Part shown: piece after piece, positions 47,317 to 58,183 of the stretch
How the letters are laid out: each line of letters starts with the position of its first letter
Position numbering within the stretch: position 1 is the stretch's first letter
Assembly: GCA_963812135.1 (NCBI GenBank)
Contig: CAWETU010000001.1
Span: 1,344,001-1,408,000, forward strand
Source: Vulcanimicrobiota bacterium
GTDB taxonomy: Bacteria; Vulcanimicrobiota; Vulcanimicrobiia; Eremiobacterales; Eremiobacteraceae
Length of the DNA stretch: 64,000 nt
Reading direction: 5' to 3'
Notes under the pieces: generated by a model
What the model saw: only the letters and a program-made list of their open reading frames with translations
Told to the model about the DNA's origin: nothing
The model's database searches: none
Translations under genes and position numbers: made by a program

Positions 47317-47879
47317 AGCGGCCGGCAAAGAAACGGTCGTCGAAAGTCGACCGCGACCAACGGTCGAGTAAACTCGACCGCTACAAGGACGAGTTTGTCG
47401 TCGTCTATCCGGGCAGCTTCGACCCCGTGACGTTCGGCCACTTGGACATCGTCAAGCGCGCTGCGACCCAGTTCCCGCGCGTGATGGTCGCGGTCGTCGC
47501 CAATCCAAGCAAATCGCCGATGTTCAGCCTTGCCGAGCGCGTCGCGATGCTGCGCGAGGCATGCGCGGGGCTGCGCAACGTGGAAGTCGAGTCGTTCGAG
47601 GGGTTGCTGGTCGACTACGTACGTGCCGCCGGCCGAGCGCTGATCGTCAAAGGGCTGCGCATCGTCTCTGACTTCGAGCACGAGTTTTCCATGGCGCTGC
47701 TCAACCGCAAGCTGCGCGGCGGCGCAGACACGATCTTCATGCCGGCGAGCGCGAGGTTCGCATACGTCTCGTCGTCTTCCATCAAAGAAGTGTTCTCGCT
47801 CGGCGGCGATGTCGCCGAATTTGTGCCCAGCTCGGTGTTGCGCCGCATGCAGGCACGCCGGGCCAAGGGGAAGAGGTAA
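47313..47879 (+). CDS. coaD: Phosphopantetheine adenylyltransferase with REP-derived N-terminal extension
   Basis: YPGSFDPVTFGHLDI, KGLR..SDFE, VSSSSIKEV. Confidence 0.93.
   Translation: MKRPAKKRSSKVDRDQRSSKLDRYKDEFVVVYPGSFDPVTFGHLDIVKRAATQFPRVMVAVVANPSKSPMFSLAERVAMLREACAGLRNVEVESFEGLLVDYVRAAGRALIVKGLRIVSDFEHEFSMALLNRKLRGGADTIFMPASARFAYVSSSSIKEVFSLGGDVAEFVPSSVLRRMQARRAKGKR
47334..47384 (-). repeat. Tandem pair of GTAG-type REP palindromes inside coaD
   Basis: Minus GTAG-CGGTCGAG-TTTA-CTCGACCG (47361-47384) plus a degenerate copy 27 nt away (47334-47357). Confidence 0.75.
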
Positions 47880-47884
47880 ACTAG

Positions 47885-48364
47885 ATGAGCGTCTATACGG
47901 TGATCGACAAACTGGAAGCGACGGTCAAAGAGGGCGTATGGCTGCCGTTCGGCGCGCGTATCGTCAGCCAAGACCGGCTGCTCGATCTCGTCGAAAAGCT
48001 GCGTTCGACGCTGCCCGACGAAGTGAGCCGCGCCAAAGCCGTGACCAAAGAGAAAGACCGCTTGATCGAGGACGCCAAGTCGCAAGCGGCCGCCATGATG
48101 ACCGAGGCGTCGACGGCGAAGACCCAACTGCTCTCCGATGCGGAGATCACCCGCCAGGCGCAAGAGCGCGCCGAGCAGATCCTGTCGCAGGCGGAAACGC
48201 AGGCGCGCGAAGTGCGCCGCGGGGCGGAGCAGTACGCGGACGGCGTGCTGGCGGCGCTTGACACGAGTCTTGGCAACGCATTGGCTGCGGTCCACAAGGG
48301 CAGGGAGCAGCTGGCGGCCAGCCTTTCGAGCAACGGATCTCCGAAGTCGCGCGAGCGGACGTGA
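47885..48364 (+). CDS. Coiled-coil protein (DivIVA / ATPase subunit b-like) typically found after coaD
   Basis: IDKLE...LPF...LLDLVEKLRSTLPDEV..A; heptad-rich. Confidence 0.8.
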   Translation: MSVYTVIDKLEATVKEGVWLPFGARIVSQDRLLDLVEKLRSTLPDEVSRAKAVTKEKDRLIEDAKSQAAAMMTEASTAKTQLLSDAEITRQAQERAEQILSQAETQAREVRRGAEQYADGVLAALDTSLGNALAAVHKGREQLAASLSSNGSPKSRERT

Positions 48365-49350
48365 CGGAGGATCCGCCCGCAAAACCTTCACTCCTTCGCC
48401 TTCTGTCCGCCGCGCTGGTCGGCGTGATCATCGCGGCGTTCTTGTTCCTCGTGCCGCTGCCGTTCCTCATCTTCGCGCCCGGTGACGCGATCGACCTTAA
48501 TCCGTTGGTCATCGTGCCGGATCGCTCGCCGCCGCCGGGCACGCTCTTCCTCACCGATGTGAAAGTGATGCCGGGGCGCCCGGCGTTCTATCTGGCCGGC
48601 AAGCTGCTGCCGGGGTTCGAAGTCGTGCCGCGCCTGCAATACGCGGGCAGCTCGACCGATGCGCAATTCGACCGCGAGTTGGAAGACGCGATGAAAGAAA
48701 GCCAGATCGTCGCGCAAGTGGTCGCGGAACGCGCCGCTGGTTTGCCCGTCAAAACGAAGACGACGACGTCGATCGTCGAGGTCAGAAAAGGGTTTCCGGC
48801 GGAACATTGCTTCAAGGTCGGTGACGTCATCGAGTCTATCGACGGCACGCCGCCGGTCAACGCTGGATCGATCGCCAAAGCGGCGGCGACGAAGCCGGCC
48901 GGCGTGGCGTTCGACTTTGAAGTGGAACGCGACGGCGCGCCCAGGAGCGTGAGCTGTCACACCGCGCCTTATAAAGGAAAGCGCCTGTTCGGCGTGATCG
49001 TCAGCTCGCGGACCAAACTCATCTCGTTGCCGGTGCACGTCACGTACAAGGTCAAGGACATCAACGGATCGTCGGCCGGACTGATGTTCGCGCTGCAGAT
49101 CTTCCGCACGCTGACCGGCAAGCCGCTCGCCGGCGGCAAGAAGATCGCCGGCACCGGCGTGCTGGCGTCAGACGGTTCGGTGCTGCCGGTCGGCGGTGCG
49201 CTCGAGAAGCTGCACGCGGCCATCGCGCAAGGCGCGCAGATCTTTCTGGTGCCGAAAAGCGATTATCCGCGGATCGCCGATACGCCAGGCGTGAAGATCA
49301 TCCCGGTCGGTTCGTTCGACGAGGCGCTGCGACAGCTGAAGGTGTTGTAG
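48361..49350 (+). CDS. YlbL-like PDZ / Lon C-terminal (S16) protease
   Basis: PGDA, GDVIESIDG, GSSAGLMFAL, IAGTG, VGGALEK. Confidence 0.85.
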   Translation: MTEDPPAKPSLLRLLSAALVGVIIAAFLFLVPLPFLIFAPGDAIDLNPLVIVPDRSPPPGTLFLTDVKVMPGRPAFYLAGKLLPGFEVVPRLQYAGSSTDAQFDRELEDAMKESQIVAQVVAERAAGLPVKTKTTTSIVEVRKGFPAEHCFKVGDVIESIDGTPPVNAGSIAKAAATKPAGVAFDFEVERDGAPRSVSCHTAPYKGKRLFGVIVSSRTKLISLPVHVTYKVKDINGSSAGLMFALQIFRTLTGKPLAGGKKIAGTGVLASDGSVLPVGGALEKLHAAIAQGAQIFLVPKSDYPRIADTPGVKIIPVGSFDEALRQLKVL

Positions 49351-49357
49351 GTGTCGC

Positions 49358-49696
49358 TTACGCGCTGAGGCGCTGCGACGATTCGAGCGCGGCGATCGCG
49401 CCCTCGACGCTTGCGTGGATGCGGAAGATGCGGTCGAACGCGGTGAGCGCGAGCGTCTCGCGCATCGACGGGTCGTCGACGACCAGGCGAACGGCGCCGC
49501 CAGCTTCGCGGACGACGCGATTGGCGATCACGAGAGATTGGAGCGCCGGCGTGTCGAGCACCGGAAGTCCGCGCAGATCCACGACGTGCAAGTAGCGGCG
49601 CCGTGCGATGTGGCCGCGGAAGCGGCGGCCGATCGTGGCGCGGGCTGTCTCGTCATGCGCGGCGAATTCGGTGACGGTGACCAATGCGTGCTCCAT
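49358..49696 (-). CDS. STAS domain protein
   Basis: VVDLRGLPVLDT...GGAVRLV...LALTAFDRIFRIHASVEGAI. Confidence 0.8.
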   Translation of the reverse strand: MEHALVTVTEFAAHDETARATIGRRFRGHIARRRYLHVVDLRGLPVLDTPALQSLVIANRVVREAGGAVRLVVDDPSMRETLALTAFDRIFRIHASVEGAIAALESSQRLSA

Positions 49697-49790
49697 AGCG
49701 ATAAGACGACGGTTCTAACGCGGCTCCCTCGTCTATAAGACGAGCAAATCGGGCAAAGCGTTTTCTCCAGCGTCCCGCAGGGAGGCACGT

Positions 49791-49820
49791 TTGACATCAT
49801 AGTTCGCCTTTTCATATAAT
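49791..49820 (+). promoter_or_regulatory. Consensus sigma70/SigA promoter of the yceD-rpmF-fab operon
   Basis: TTGACA-N18-TATAAT. Confidence 0.85.
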
Positions 49821-49881
49821 GATGCAAGTCGTTTGCGGCCCGTCATCAGGACGGGCCTTCGTTTGCGCAAGGCAATCCCCA

Positions 49882-50388
49882 GTGAAGATCTCAGTAGACC
49901 GCCTCTTTGGCCGCGACGTCGAGGTCATCGAGGTCGACCAGCATTTGCGGCTCGGCGATGATCTCGCCGTCCGCTACCCAGACGGCGTGCGCGTCGTCGC
50001 CACCGTGCGGCCCATCCAGCACGGCGTCTACGTGGAAGGCGACGTCGCCGGCCGCGAAGTCGAGACGTGCGTCCGCTGCCTCGAGCCGTTCGTGCGCGAC
50101 ACGCGCGTGGCGATCGCGGAAGCGTTCAGCGAGGACGTGCGGCCCGAAGATGCGCAGTTCGCGGATCTTGCGCCGCTCGTCGACCGCACGATCGACCTGA
50201 GCGAGCTCGTCGAGCAGCTCCTCGAAGTGGACGAGCCGATCGCGGCGGTGTGCAGTGAGCAGTGCAAAGGGATCTGCCCGACCTGCGGCGCTAACCGCAA
50301 TCGCGAGCCGTGCAGCTGCCGCGACGAGCAGATCGACGAACGCCTGGCAGGCTTGGCAAAATTTATGCAAGAACCCGGAGTGAACTAA
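49882..50388 (+). CDS. yceD: DUF177/YceD family protein
   Basis: CVRCLEPF, IDLSELV, CSEQCKGICPTCGANRN..CSC, DERLAGL; directly upstream of rpmF. Confidence 0.88.
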   Translation: MKISVDRLFGRDVEVIEVDQHLRLGDDLAVRYPDGVRVVATVRPIQHGVYVEGDVAGREVETCVRCLEPFVRDTRVAIAEAFSEDVRPEDAQFADLAPLVDRTIDLSELVEQLLEVDEPIAAVCSEQCKGICPTCGANRNREPCSCRDEQIDERLAGLAKFMQEPGVN

Positions 50389-50393
50389 ATACG

Positions 50394-50591
50394 ATGGCAA
50401 ACCCGAAACAGAAACGCAGCAAATCGAACACGCGCACAAGGCGCGCGACGTGGAAGACCACGGCGCCTACCCTGACGACGTGTCCGCAGTGCCACCAACC
50501 TCGCCGGCCGCATTTCGCGTGCCCGAATTGCGGGCACTACAAAGATCGCATCGCGGTCGTGCAAGAGGAGCGCGCCAAACCGGCCGGCTAG
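50394..50591 (+). CDS. rpmF: 50S ribosomal protein L32 (Zn-binding form)
   Basis: MANPKQKRSKSNTRTRRA...CPQC...HFACPNCGHY. Confidence 0.95.
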   Translation: MANPKQKRSKSNTRTRRATWKTTAPTLTTCPQCHQPRRPHFACPNCGHYKDRIAVVQEERAKPAG

Positions 50592-50607
50592 CCGGAAGCG
50601 TTAACGC

Positions 50608-51696
50608 ATGAACGGCGTCACGATCACCGGGGTCGGCGCGTACGCGCCGCCAGGCATCCTCACCAACGAGGATCTGGAGAAGCTTGTCGACACGAGCGAC
50701 GAGTGGATCGTGCAACGCACCGGCATGAAGCGGCGCCACATCGCCGGGCCGAAGGAAGCCACCTCCGATCTCGCGGTCCCCGCCGCGTTGGCCGCGCTCG
50801 ACGCCGCCGGCCGCACGCCGAGCGACATCGAATGCCTCATCGTCGCCACCGCGACTCCCGACTATCTCTTCCCCGCCACCGCATGTCTGGTCGGCGCGCG
50901 TCTGGGCATTCCGGGCGTCGCGGCGTTTGACGTTTCGATCGGCTGCTCGGGGTTCGTCTATGCGCTCACCACGGCGGCGGCCCTCATCCGCTCGGGTGTC
51001 TACCAGCGCATCTTGGTCATCGGTGCTGAGACGCTGTCGAAGATCGTCGACTACACCGATCGCAAGACGTGCGTGCTGTTCGGCGACGGCGCCGGCGCGG
51101 TGATGGTCGAGCGCTCCGAGGAAGATTGCTTCTTGGGCAGCGACCTGGGCGCGGAAGGCTCCGATCCGAGCGTCTTGTATTTGCCGGGCGGCGGCAGCCG
51201 CTCACCACTCAATCGCGCGCTCAACGGAAACGGTCGAATAAATTCGACCGCTACAGATGGTCAAACGAGTTCGACCGCTACCGAGCGTCTGGGCTACATT
51301 CAGATGCAGGGCCAGGCCGTGTTCAAGTTCGCCGTCCAACAGATGGCCGGCTCGGTGCAAGCGGCGCTGGCCAAAGCCGGATTGACCGTCGCCGACGTCG
51401 ATTTCGTGGTGCCGCACCAGGCGAACAAACGCATCGTCGACGCGACCATGAAGATGTTGCAATTGCCGCTCGACAAGTGCATCACGAACATCGACGAATA
51501 CGGCAACACCTCGTCTGCTTCGATCCCGCTCGCGCTGGCCGACTCCATCCGCGCGGGTCAGGTGAAGAAGGGCAACGTCGTGGTCTTCGTGGCGTTCGGA
51601 GCGGGCCTGTCGTGGGGCGCTGTCGTCTGGCGCTGGCTCGGTGCACCCGTCGGCGAAGCGCGCGCCGCGGCGCCCGCGGGCGCGGCCCAAGCCTAA
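50608..51696 (+). CDS. fabH: 3-oxoacyl-ACP synthase III with REP-derived loop insertion
   Basis: DTSDEWIVQRTG, GCSGF, LFGDGAGA, PHQAN, YGNTSSAS. Confidence 0.95.
   Translation: MNGVTITGVGAYAPPGILTNEDLEKLVDTSDEWIVQRTGMKRRHIAGPKEATSDLAVPAALAALDAAGRTPSDIECLIVATATPDYLFPATACLVGARLGIPGVAAFDVSIGCSGFVYALTTAAALIRSGVYQRILVIGAETLSKIVDYTDRKTCVLFGDGAGAVMVERSEEDCFLGSDLGAEGSDPSVLYLPGGGSRSPLNRALNGNGRINSTATDGQTSSTATERLGYIQMQGQAVFKFAVQQMAGSVQAALAKAGLTVADVDFVVPHQANKRIVDATMKMLQLPLDKCITNIDEYGNTSSASIPLALADSIRAGQVKKGNVVVFVAFGAGLSWGAVVWRWLGAPVGEARAAAPAGAAQA
51231..51281 (-). repeat. Tandem pair of GTAG-type REP palindromes inside fabH
   Basis: Minus GTAG-CGGTCGAA-TTTA-TTCGACCG (51231-51254) and a second copy 27 nt away (51258-51281). 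Confidence 0.8.
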
Positions 51697-51701
51697 TCCG
51701 G

Positions 51702-52658
51702 ATGCCGACGCTCGGAGTCATCTTCCCGGGCCAAGGATCGCAGACCGTCGGAATGGGCGTCGACGTCGCGCAACGCTATGCGGCGTCAGCAGTTTGTTTC
51801 GAGCGCGCGTCGCGCGTGCTTGGTTACGATCTGCTCGAACTGTGCCGCAACGGCTCGGACGAGCAACTGCGCGAGACGCGCGTCAGCCAGCCGGCCATTT
51901 TCACCGCCAACGTCGCCATCTATCGCGCCGTGGAGACGCTGGGGCTGAGTCCGGTCGTCTCTGCCGGCCACTCGTTCGGAGAGTACTGCTCGCTCACCAT
52001 CGCAGGCTCTCTCGCGTTCGACGACGCGTTGCGCCTGGTCAACCAGCGCGGCCTTGCGATGGGCGCCGCGGCGGACCAAGCGCCGGGCAGTATGGCCGCG
52101 ATCATCGGCTTCGAGCAAGCGCGCGTCGAGGAGATGTGCGAGCAAGCACGGCGCGCGAGCGGCGCGCGCGTCGATATCGCGAATCTGAACGCGCCCATCC
52201 AGATCGTGGTCTCGGGCGACGTCGCGGGAGTCGATGCCTTATGCGAGCTGGCACGCGCGGGCGGCGCCAAACGCGTCGTCGTGCTCAACGTGTCGGGCGC
52301 GTGGCACAGCGAATTGATGCGCCCGGCGGTGGCGCTCTTCGCCACATCGGTCGAACAGGCGGCGATGGGCCTGCCGGTGTTCGACGTCATCAGCAATGTC
52401 GAAGTACAGCCCTATCGCTCGGTCGAGCAAATCCGCCGCTGCTTGATCGCGAGCATCGTGTCGCGCGTCCGCTGGCACGAAACCGCTGTCGCGCTGGCGG
52501 CCTACGCGCCGGACTTCATCGTCGAATGTGGCGCGAGTCCGGTGCTCGCGCCGATGATGCGCCGCTTGCCGGGCGTCGCCGCGGAGCGCGTCATCCACAT
52601 CGCGGATTCTGAAGGCGTCGCCAAGCTGGCGAACGCCGCGCGGATTCCGGCGTCGTGA
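51702..52658 (+). CDS. fabD: Malonyl-CoA:ACP transacylase
   Basis: FPGQGSQ, QPAIF, GHSFGEY, VSGAWHS. Confidence 0.94.
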   Translation: MPTLGVIFPGQGSQTVGMGVDVAQRYAASAVCFERASRVLGYDLLELCRNGSDEQLRETRVSQPAIFTANVAIYRAVETLGLSPVVSAGHSFGEYCSLTIAGSLAFDDALRLVNQRGLAMGAAADQAPGSMAAIIGFEQARVEEMCEQARRASGARVDIANLNAPIQIVVSGDVAGVDALCELARAGGAKRVVVLNVSGAWHSELMRPAVALFATSVEQAAMGLPVFDVISNVEVQPYRSVEQIRRCLIASIVSRVRWHETAVALAAYAPDFIVECGASPVLAPMMRRLPGVAAERVIHIADSEGVAKLANAARIPAS

Positions 52659-53401
52659 GTCGGCCGCTCGAGGGCAAGACCGCCCTGGTCACCGGCGCGG
52701 GGACCGGTATCGGGCGCGCCATCGCGCACGCTTTTGGCGCGGCGGGTGCAACTGTGATGCTCGCCGGGCGCAGGCGCGAACCGCTCGAATCCGTCCGGCA
52801 GGAGGTCGAGGCAGCCGGCGGAATGGCGCACCTGCACGTGGCCGACGTCTCGGAACAGCCGCAGGCCGCAGGGCTGGTCGAGGCAGCGGCCAAGACGCTC
52901 GGCCGCTTGGACATCCTCGTCAACAACGCCGGCCGAACCTACGATCAGCTCATCTTGAGGATGAAATGGGATGAGCTAGAGAAAACGCTCGCGACCAACC
53001 TGCAATCGATGTTCTACACGTGTGCGGCGGCGGGCAAGGTCATGCTCGGGCAGAGGAGCGGCTCCATCATCAATATCACTTCCGTCGTCGCGCTGACGGG
53101 AAATGCAGGACAGAGCGCGTATGTCGCTTCTAAGGCCGGGGTGATCGGGCTGACGAAGTCGCTCGCGCAAGAATTCGGGTCGCGCAGCATCCGCGTCAAC
53201 GCGATCGCGCCCGGGTTCATCGAGACCGAGATGACCGCGTCGCTGACCGACGAGCTCAAAGCGCAATATCTCTCGCGCGTGCCGCTTCGGCGCTTCGGCA
53301 CGGCCGATGAAGTGGCGCGGGTCGCGGTGTTCCTCGGTTCGGACGCCGCGGCATACATGACCGGGCAGACACTGGCCGTCGACGGCGGCCTTCACATGTA
53401 G
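52655..53401 (+). CDS. fabG: 3-oxoacyl-ACP reductase
   Basis: [27 protein letters not shown]. Confidence 0.93.
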   Translation: MSRPLEGKTALVTGAGTGIGRAIAHAFGAAGATVMLAGRRREPLESVRQEVEAAGGMAHLHVADVSEQPQAAGLVEAAAKTLGRLDILVNNAGRTYDQLILRMKWDELEKTLATNLQSMFYTCAAAGKVMLGQRSGSIINITSVVALTGNAGQSAYVASKAGVIGLTKSLAQEFGSRSIRVNAIAPGFIETEMTASLTDELKAQYLSRVPLRRFGTADEVARVAVFLGSDAAAYMTGQTLAVDGGLHM

Positions 53402-53460
53402 CGACGCGTTCCGCGGAACGCGCGCCACAGACACCGATCAATGGAGGTAACGAATCGCTG

Positions 53461-53700
53461 ATGTCAGTGTTCGAGAAAGTCAAAAAGACCATCGTCGAGC
53501 AGCTCGGAGTCGAGGAGAGCGAAGTGACGATGGACGCGTCGATCACGGACGATCTCGGCGCGGATTCGCTCGATCAGGTGGAGTTGGTGATGGCGCTCGA
53601 GACGGAGTTCAATCTGGACATTCCGGACGAAGAGGCCGAGAAGATCAAGACGGTCGGCGACGCCGTCAAGTATATCGAAGAGGTCACCGAAAAGGCGTGA
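53461..53700 (+). CDS. acpP: Acyl carrier protein
   Basis: [20 protein letters not shown]. Confidence 0.96.
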   Translation: MSVFEKVKKTIVEQLGVEESEVTMDASITDDLGADSLDQVELVMALETEFNLDIPDEEAEKIKTVGDAVKYIEEVTEKA

Positions 53701-53750
53701 CGCACGCGCGCGGCCCCGCCCAGCTCCCGCACCCGCGCTAAGCTAGGTCG

Positions 53751-55058
<1,308 letters not shown>

Positions 55059-55068
55059 AGGAGATATT

Positions 55069-55371
55069 TTGGCCGTCAAGATCAGGTTGCGCCGCACGGG
55101 CGCGAAGAAACAACCGTCCTATCGCGTGGTGGTCGCTGATTCGGGCTCGCCGCGCGACGGCCGGTTCATCGAGATCATCGGACACTTCAATCCGCGCCGG
55201 GAACCGGCCGAGCTCGTCATCGACGAGGCGAAGGTCAAGCAGTGGCTCGGCAACGGAGCGCAGCCATCCGACACCGTCGCACGCCTGCTCGCCGGCAAGG
55301 GTTTGTACGACCAGGCCAAGGTGCCGATGCGCAAACCGCGCGAGAAGCGCAAAGGAAAATCCAATGCCTGA
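55069..55371 (+). CDS. rpsP: 30S ribosomal protein S16 (TTG start)
   Basis: [41 protein letters not shown]. Confidence 0.96.
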   Translation: MAVKIRLRRTGAKKQPSYRVVVADSGSPRDGRFIEIIGHFNPRREPAELVIDEAKVKQWLGNGAQPSDTVARLLAGKGLYDQAKVPMRKPREKRKGKSNA

Positions 55372-55876
55372 CCGTCCACCAGAGTTCACCGATATCGACC
55401 TCGATGAAGAGGACGACGAAGAAACGCCCAAACCAGAACCGGAGCCGGGACCGGCTGAGGACGGTCCGATCGACTTCGACGACGAGGATGAGGACGACGT
55501 CGACGCCGATCTTGATGGCGACGCCGAGTCCGACGCGGACGAAGACGCCCCCGAGAGCGACGCGCCGCAGGCGGCCGCGCCCCCCGCGTTCGATGAAGAC
55601 GAGGAAGACGACGTCAGAGGCGGCGAGCATGAAGGCATCGCGCGTGCCGCGGCCGTGCTGAAGTACATCGTCGAGAACATCGTCGACGAGCCCGATCAGA
55701 TCTCGATCGGCGCCACCGAAGACGATCGAGGTCCGGTGTTGCTGTTGCGCGTCGCCGAAGACGATCGCGGCAAGGTCATCGGCCGTCAGGGACGCATCGT
55801 GCAGGCGATCAGAACCGTCGTCAAGGCGGCGACGGTCGGCACGGGCGAAAAGGTCAGCGTCGAAATCATCGATTGA
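55364..55876 (+). CDS. khpA: KhpA (YlqC) KH-domain RNA-binding protein with long acidic N-terminal extension
   Basis: [13 protein letters not shown]...[20 protein letters not shown]; located between rpsP and rimM. Confidence 0.88.
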   Translation: MPDRPPEFTDIDLDEEDDEETPKPEPEPGPAEDGPIDFDDEDEDDVDADLDGDAESDADEDAPESDAPQAAAPPAFDEDEEDDVRGGEHEGIARAAAVLKYIVENIVDEPDQISIGATEDDRGPVLLLRVAEDDRGKVIGRQGRIVQAIRTVVKAATVGTGEKVSVEIID

Positions 55877-56388
55877 GCCAGGGCGGCGGCGATGACAGCG
55901 TGCTCGTCGGCCGGGTGGTCGGAGTGTTCGGATTGCGCGGCGACGTCAAGGTCGCCGCGTCTTTATTGGAGCTGCAGCCAGGGCTCCATCTGATCGCGCG
56001 CGGCCCCGATGGAGCTGAGCGTGCTTTAGTGGTGGCGCGCGTGCGGCCCGCGACAGGGCACGTGCGCGTGCTCTTCGAGGGCGTCGGCGATGCGAATCAG
56101 GCTGAGGCGCTGCGCGGCATGACGCTGCGCGCGCGGGTCGCCGAACTCCCATCGTTGCCGGCGAACGCGTATCGCGAATCAGAACTCGTCGGGATGAAGG
56201 TCGTCGACGCGCGGCTGGGGGAGCTCGGCGCCGTGGTCGGTGTCGCCCGCTATCCGGGCGCCGACATGCTCGTCGTCGGAGCCAAACGCGTGCTCATCCC
56301 AATGCTTGAAGCCTATGGCGTGCGAGTGGACCGCGCCGCTCGGGCGGTGGCGACCGCATTGCCGGCCGGCTTCGAAGAGCTGCTGTGA
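55873..56388 (+). CDS. rimM: Ribosome maturation factor RimM
   Basis: VGRVVGVFGLRGDVKV, AEALRG, LVGMKV, VLIPM. Confidence 0.88.
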   Translation: MSQGGGDDSVLVGRVVGVFGLRGDVKVAASLLELQPGLHLIARGPDGAERALVVARVRPATGHVRVLFEGVGDANQAEALRGMTLRARVAELPSLPANAYRESELVGMKVVDARLGELGAVVGVARYPGADMLVVGAKRVLIPMLEAYGVRVDRAARAVATALPAGFEELL

Positions 56389-57299
56389 TGTTGCGCGGCG
56401 CGTTGCTCGGAGCGGCTGACAATCGCGGGCTGCAAGGCTTCGTCACGAAGCACGGGCGACGATTGGGCGCGTATCGCTTCGTGGCCGGCGAGACGCTCGA
56501 TGAGTTCATGGACGCGGTGCGGGTGACGAACGCGCACGGCATGCGCGTCGCGGCCGGGTTGCTCGGCGAAGACGTGCGCAACCGCGACGATGCGTCGGCG
56601 GTCGCGGGCGAGTACTGCAAGATACTGGATCGCTTCGCTGCCGCCGGCGCCGATGCGAACGTCGCCCTCAAGCTGACCCACCTCGGGCTGCTGATCGATC
56701 GCGATCTTGCCACCGCCAATCTCGCCGCCGTAGCGACGAAAGCGGCCGAGCACCGCAACTTCGTGCGGATCGATATGGAGCAATCGTCGCATACCGACGA
56801 AACGCTTGACATCTACCGCGAGCTGCGAGCTCGCGGCGTCGACAATGTCGGCGCGGTGCTGCAATCCTACCTGTACCGGTCAGAGGCCGATCTGCGCTCG
56901 CTGCTGCCGCTGGCGCCGAGTCTACGGCTGGTCAAGGGGGCGTACTTGGAGCCGCCGGACATCGCATTTCCGCGCAAGCGCGACGTCGATCGCAACTACA
57001 TCAAGCTGCTCGAGCTTTGCCTGCGCGAGAGCCGCTTCACCGCCATCGCGACGCATGATGATGCGATCATCGAGCACGCGATCGGGTTTGTGCAGGGCAA
57101 CGCGATCCCGGGCGAGCGTTTCGAGTTCCAAATGCTGTACGGCGTCCGGCCGAAGCTGCAAGCTGCCGTCGTCAAGCGCGGCTTCGCGCTGCGCATCGCG
57201 GTGCCGTTCGGCTCGCAGTGGTATCCGTATTTCATGCGCCGACTCGCAGAACGGCCGGCCAATGTCTTGTTCATGCTCCGGTCGATGTGGCGCGGATGA
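56385..57299 (+). CDS. Monofunctional proline dehydrogenase
   Basis: RFVAGE, RIDME, VLQSYLYRS, RLVKGAY, IATHD, FQMLYG, YFMRRLAERP. Confidence 0.92.
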   Translation: MMLRGALLGAADNRGLQGFVTKHGRRLGAYRFVAGETLDEFMDAVRVTNAHGMRVAAGLLGEDVRNRDDASAVAGEYCKILDRFAAAGADANVALKLTHLGLLIDRDLATANLAAVATKAAEHRNFVRIDMEQSSHTDETLDIYRELRARGVDNVGAVLQSYLYRSEADLRSLLPLAPSLRLVKGAYLEPPDIAFPRKRDVDRNYIKLLELCLRESRFTAIATHDDAIIEHAIGFVQGNAIPGERFEFQMLYGVRPKLQAAVVKRGFALRIAVPFGSQWYPYFMRRLAERPANVLFMLRSMWRG

Positions 57300-58183
57300 G
57301 CGAGCATCTCACGCGCGGGATCAACTGCGCGACGCTGACGCCGATGGACGATCTGGGCGAGCCGTGCATCGATCTGTTGATCGCACACTGTCGCTGGCTG
57401 ATCGATGCGGGTTGTGAAGGCATCGTGCTTTTGGGAACGACGGGGGAGGCGAACTCGTTCACCGTCGGCGAGCGCAAAGCGATCCTGGACGGCGCGATCG
57501 AAGGCGGCATCTCAGCGGACAAGCTCATCGTGGGGACAGGCTGCACCGCCGTGGGCGACACGGTGGAGCTGACAAAACATGCGCTATCGCGCGGCGTCAC
57601 GCGCTGCCTCATGCTTCCGCCGTTCTACTACAAGAACGTGAGCGATGCGGGAGTCGTGGCCGCATACTCGCGCGCTATCGAGGCGGTCGCCGACGCAACG
57701 CTGCGCGTATACTTATATCAGATCCCGCAGCTGACCGGCGTGTCGCTCGGTCCAATCGTAGTGGACACGCTACGGCGTGCGTACCCGGGCACGATCGCCG
57801 GCATCAAAGATAGCTCCGGCGACCTCGCTGCGATCACCGAGCTAGGCACGCGCTTCGGTCGGGAGATCGACGTGCTGGCGGGCAGCGAGCGCTATTTGCT
57901 GGCGGCGCTCCGCGCGGGCGCGAGCGGCTGCGTGACCGCGACGGCGAATGCGAACGCGGCGCAGATCTGCACGTTGTATCGCAAACGCGACGAGCCAGAT
58001 GCCGATGCGCTGCAGGCGGCCGTGGCTGCAGTGCGCGGGAAGTTCGAAGGCTATCCGATGATCGCGGCGCTCAAGGCGTTCACCGCAAGCCGCACGGGTG
58101 ATGAGCGCTGGCGCAATGTCCGTGCACCGCTCGTCGCTCTCGACCGCACGCAAGCTGGCGAGCTGAAGGCTATTGTCTCTTGA
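57296..58183 (+). CDS. Dihydrodipicolinate synthase family lyase
   Basis: LGTTGEA, LPPFYYK, YLYQIP, GIKDSSGD. Confidence 0.9.
   Translation: MSEHLTRGINCATLTPMDDLGEPCIDLLIAHCRWLIDAGCEGIVLLGTTGEANSFTVGERKAILDGAIEGGISADKLIVGTGCTAVGDTVELTKHALSRGVTRCLMLPPFYYKNVSDAGVVAAYSRAIEAVADATLRVYLYQIPQLTGVSLGPIVVDTLRRAYPGTIAGIKDSSGDLAAITELGTRFGREIDVLAGSERYLLAALRAGASGCVTATANANAAQICTLYRKRDEPDADALQAAVAAVRGKFEGYPMIAALKAFTASRTGDERWRNVRAPLVALDRTQAGELKAIVS

Noticed and set aside
51069..51701. N-terminal extension of fabD suggested by the 529-aa ORF
   Set aside because: Overlaps fabH in another frame; FabD homology begins at ATG 51702
53405..53423. CCGCGG-centred palindromes here and near 12814-12827 as a repeat family
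   Set aside because: Short, GC-rich, only two dissimilar instances; could be chance or simple mRNA stabilisers
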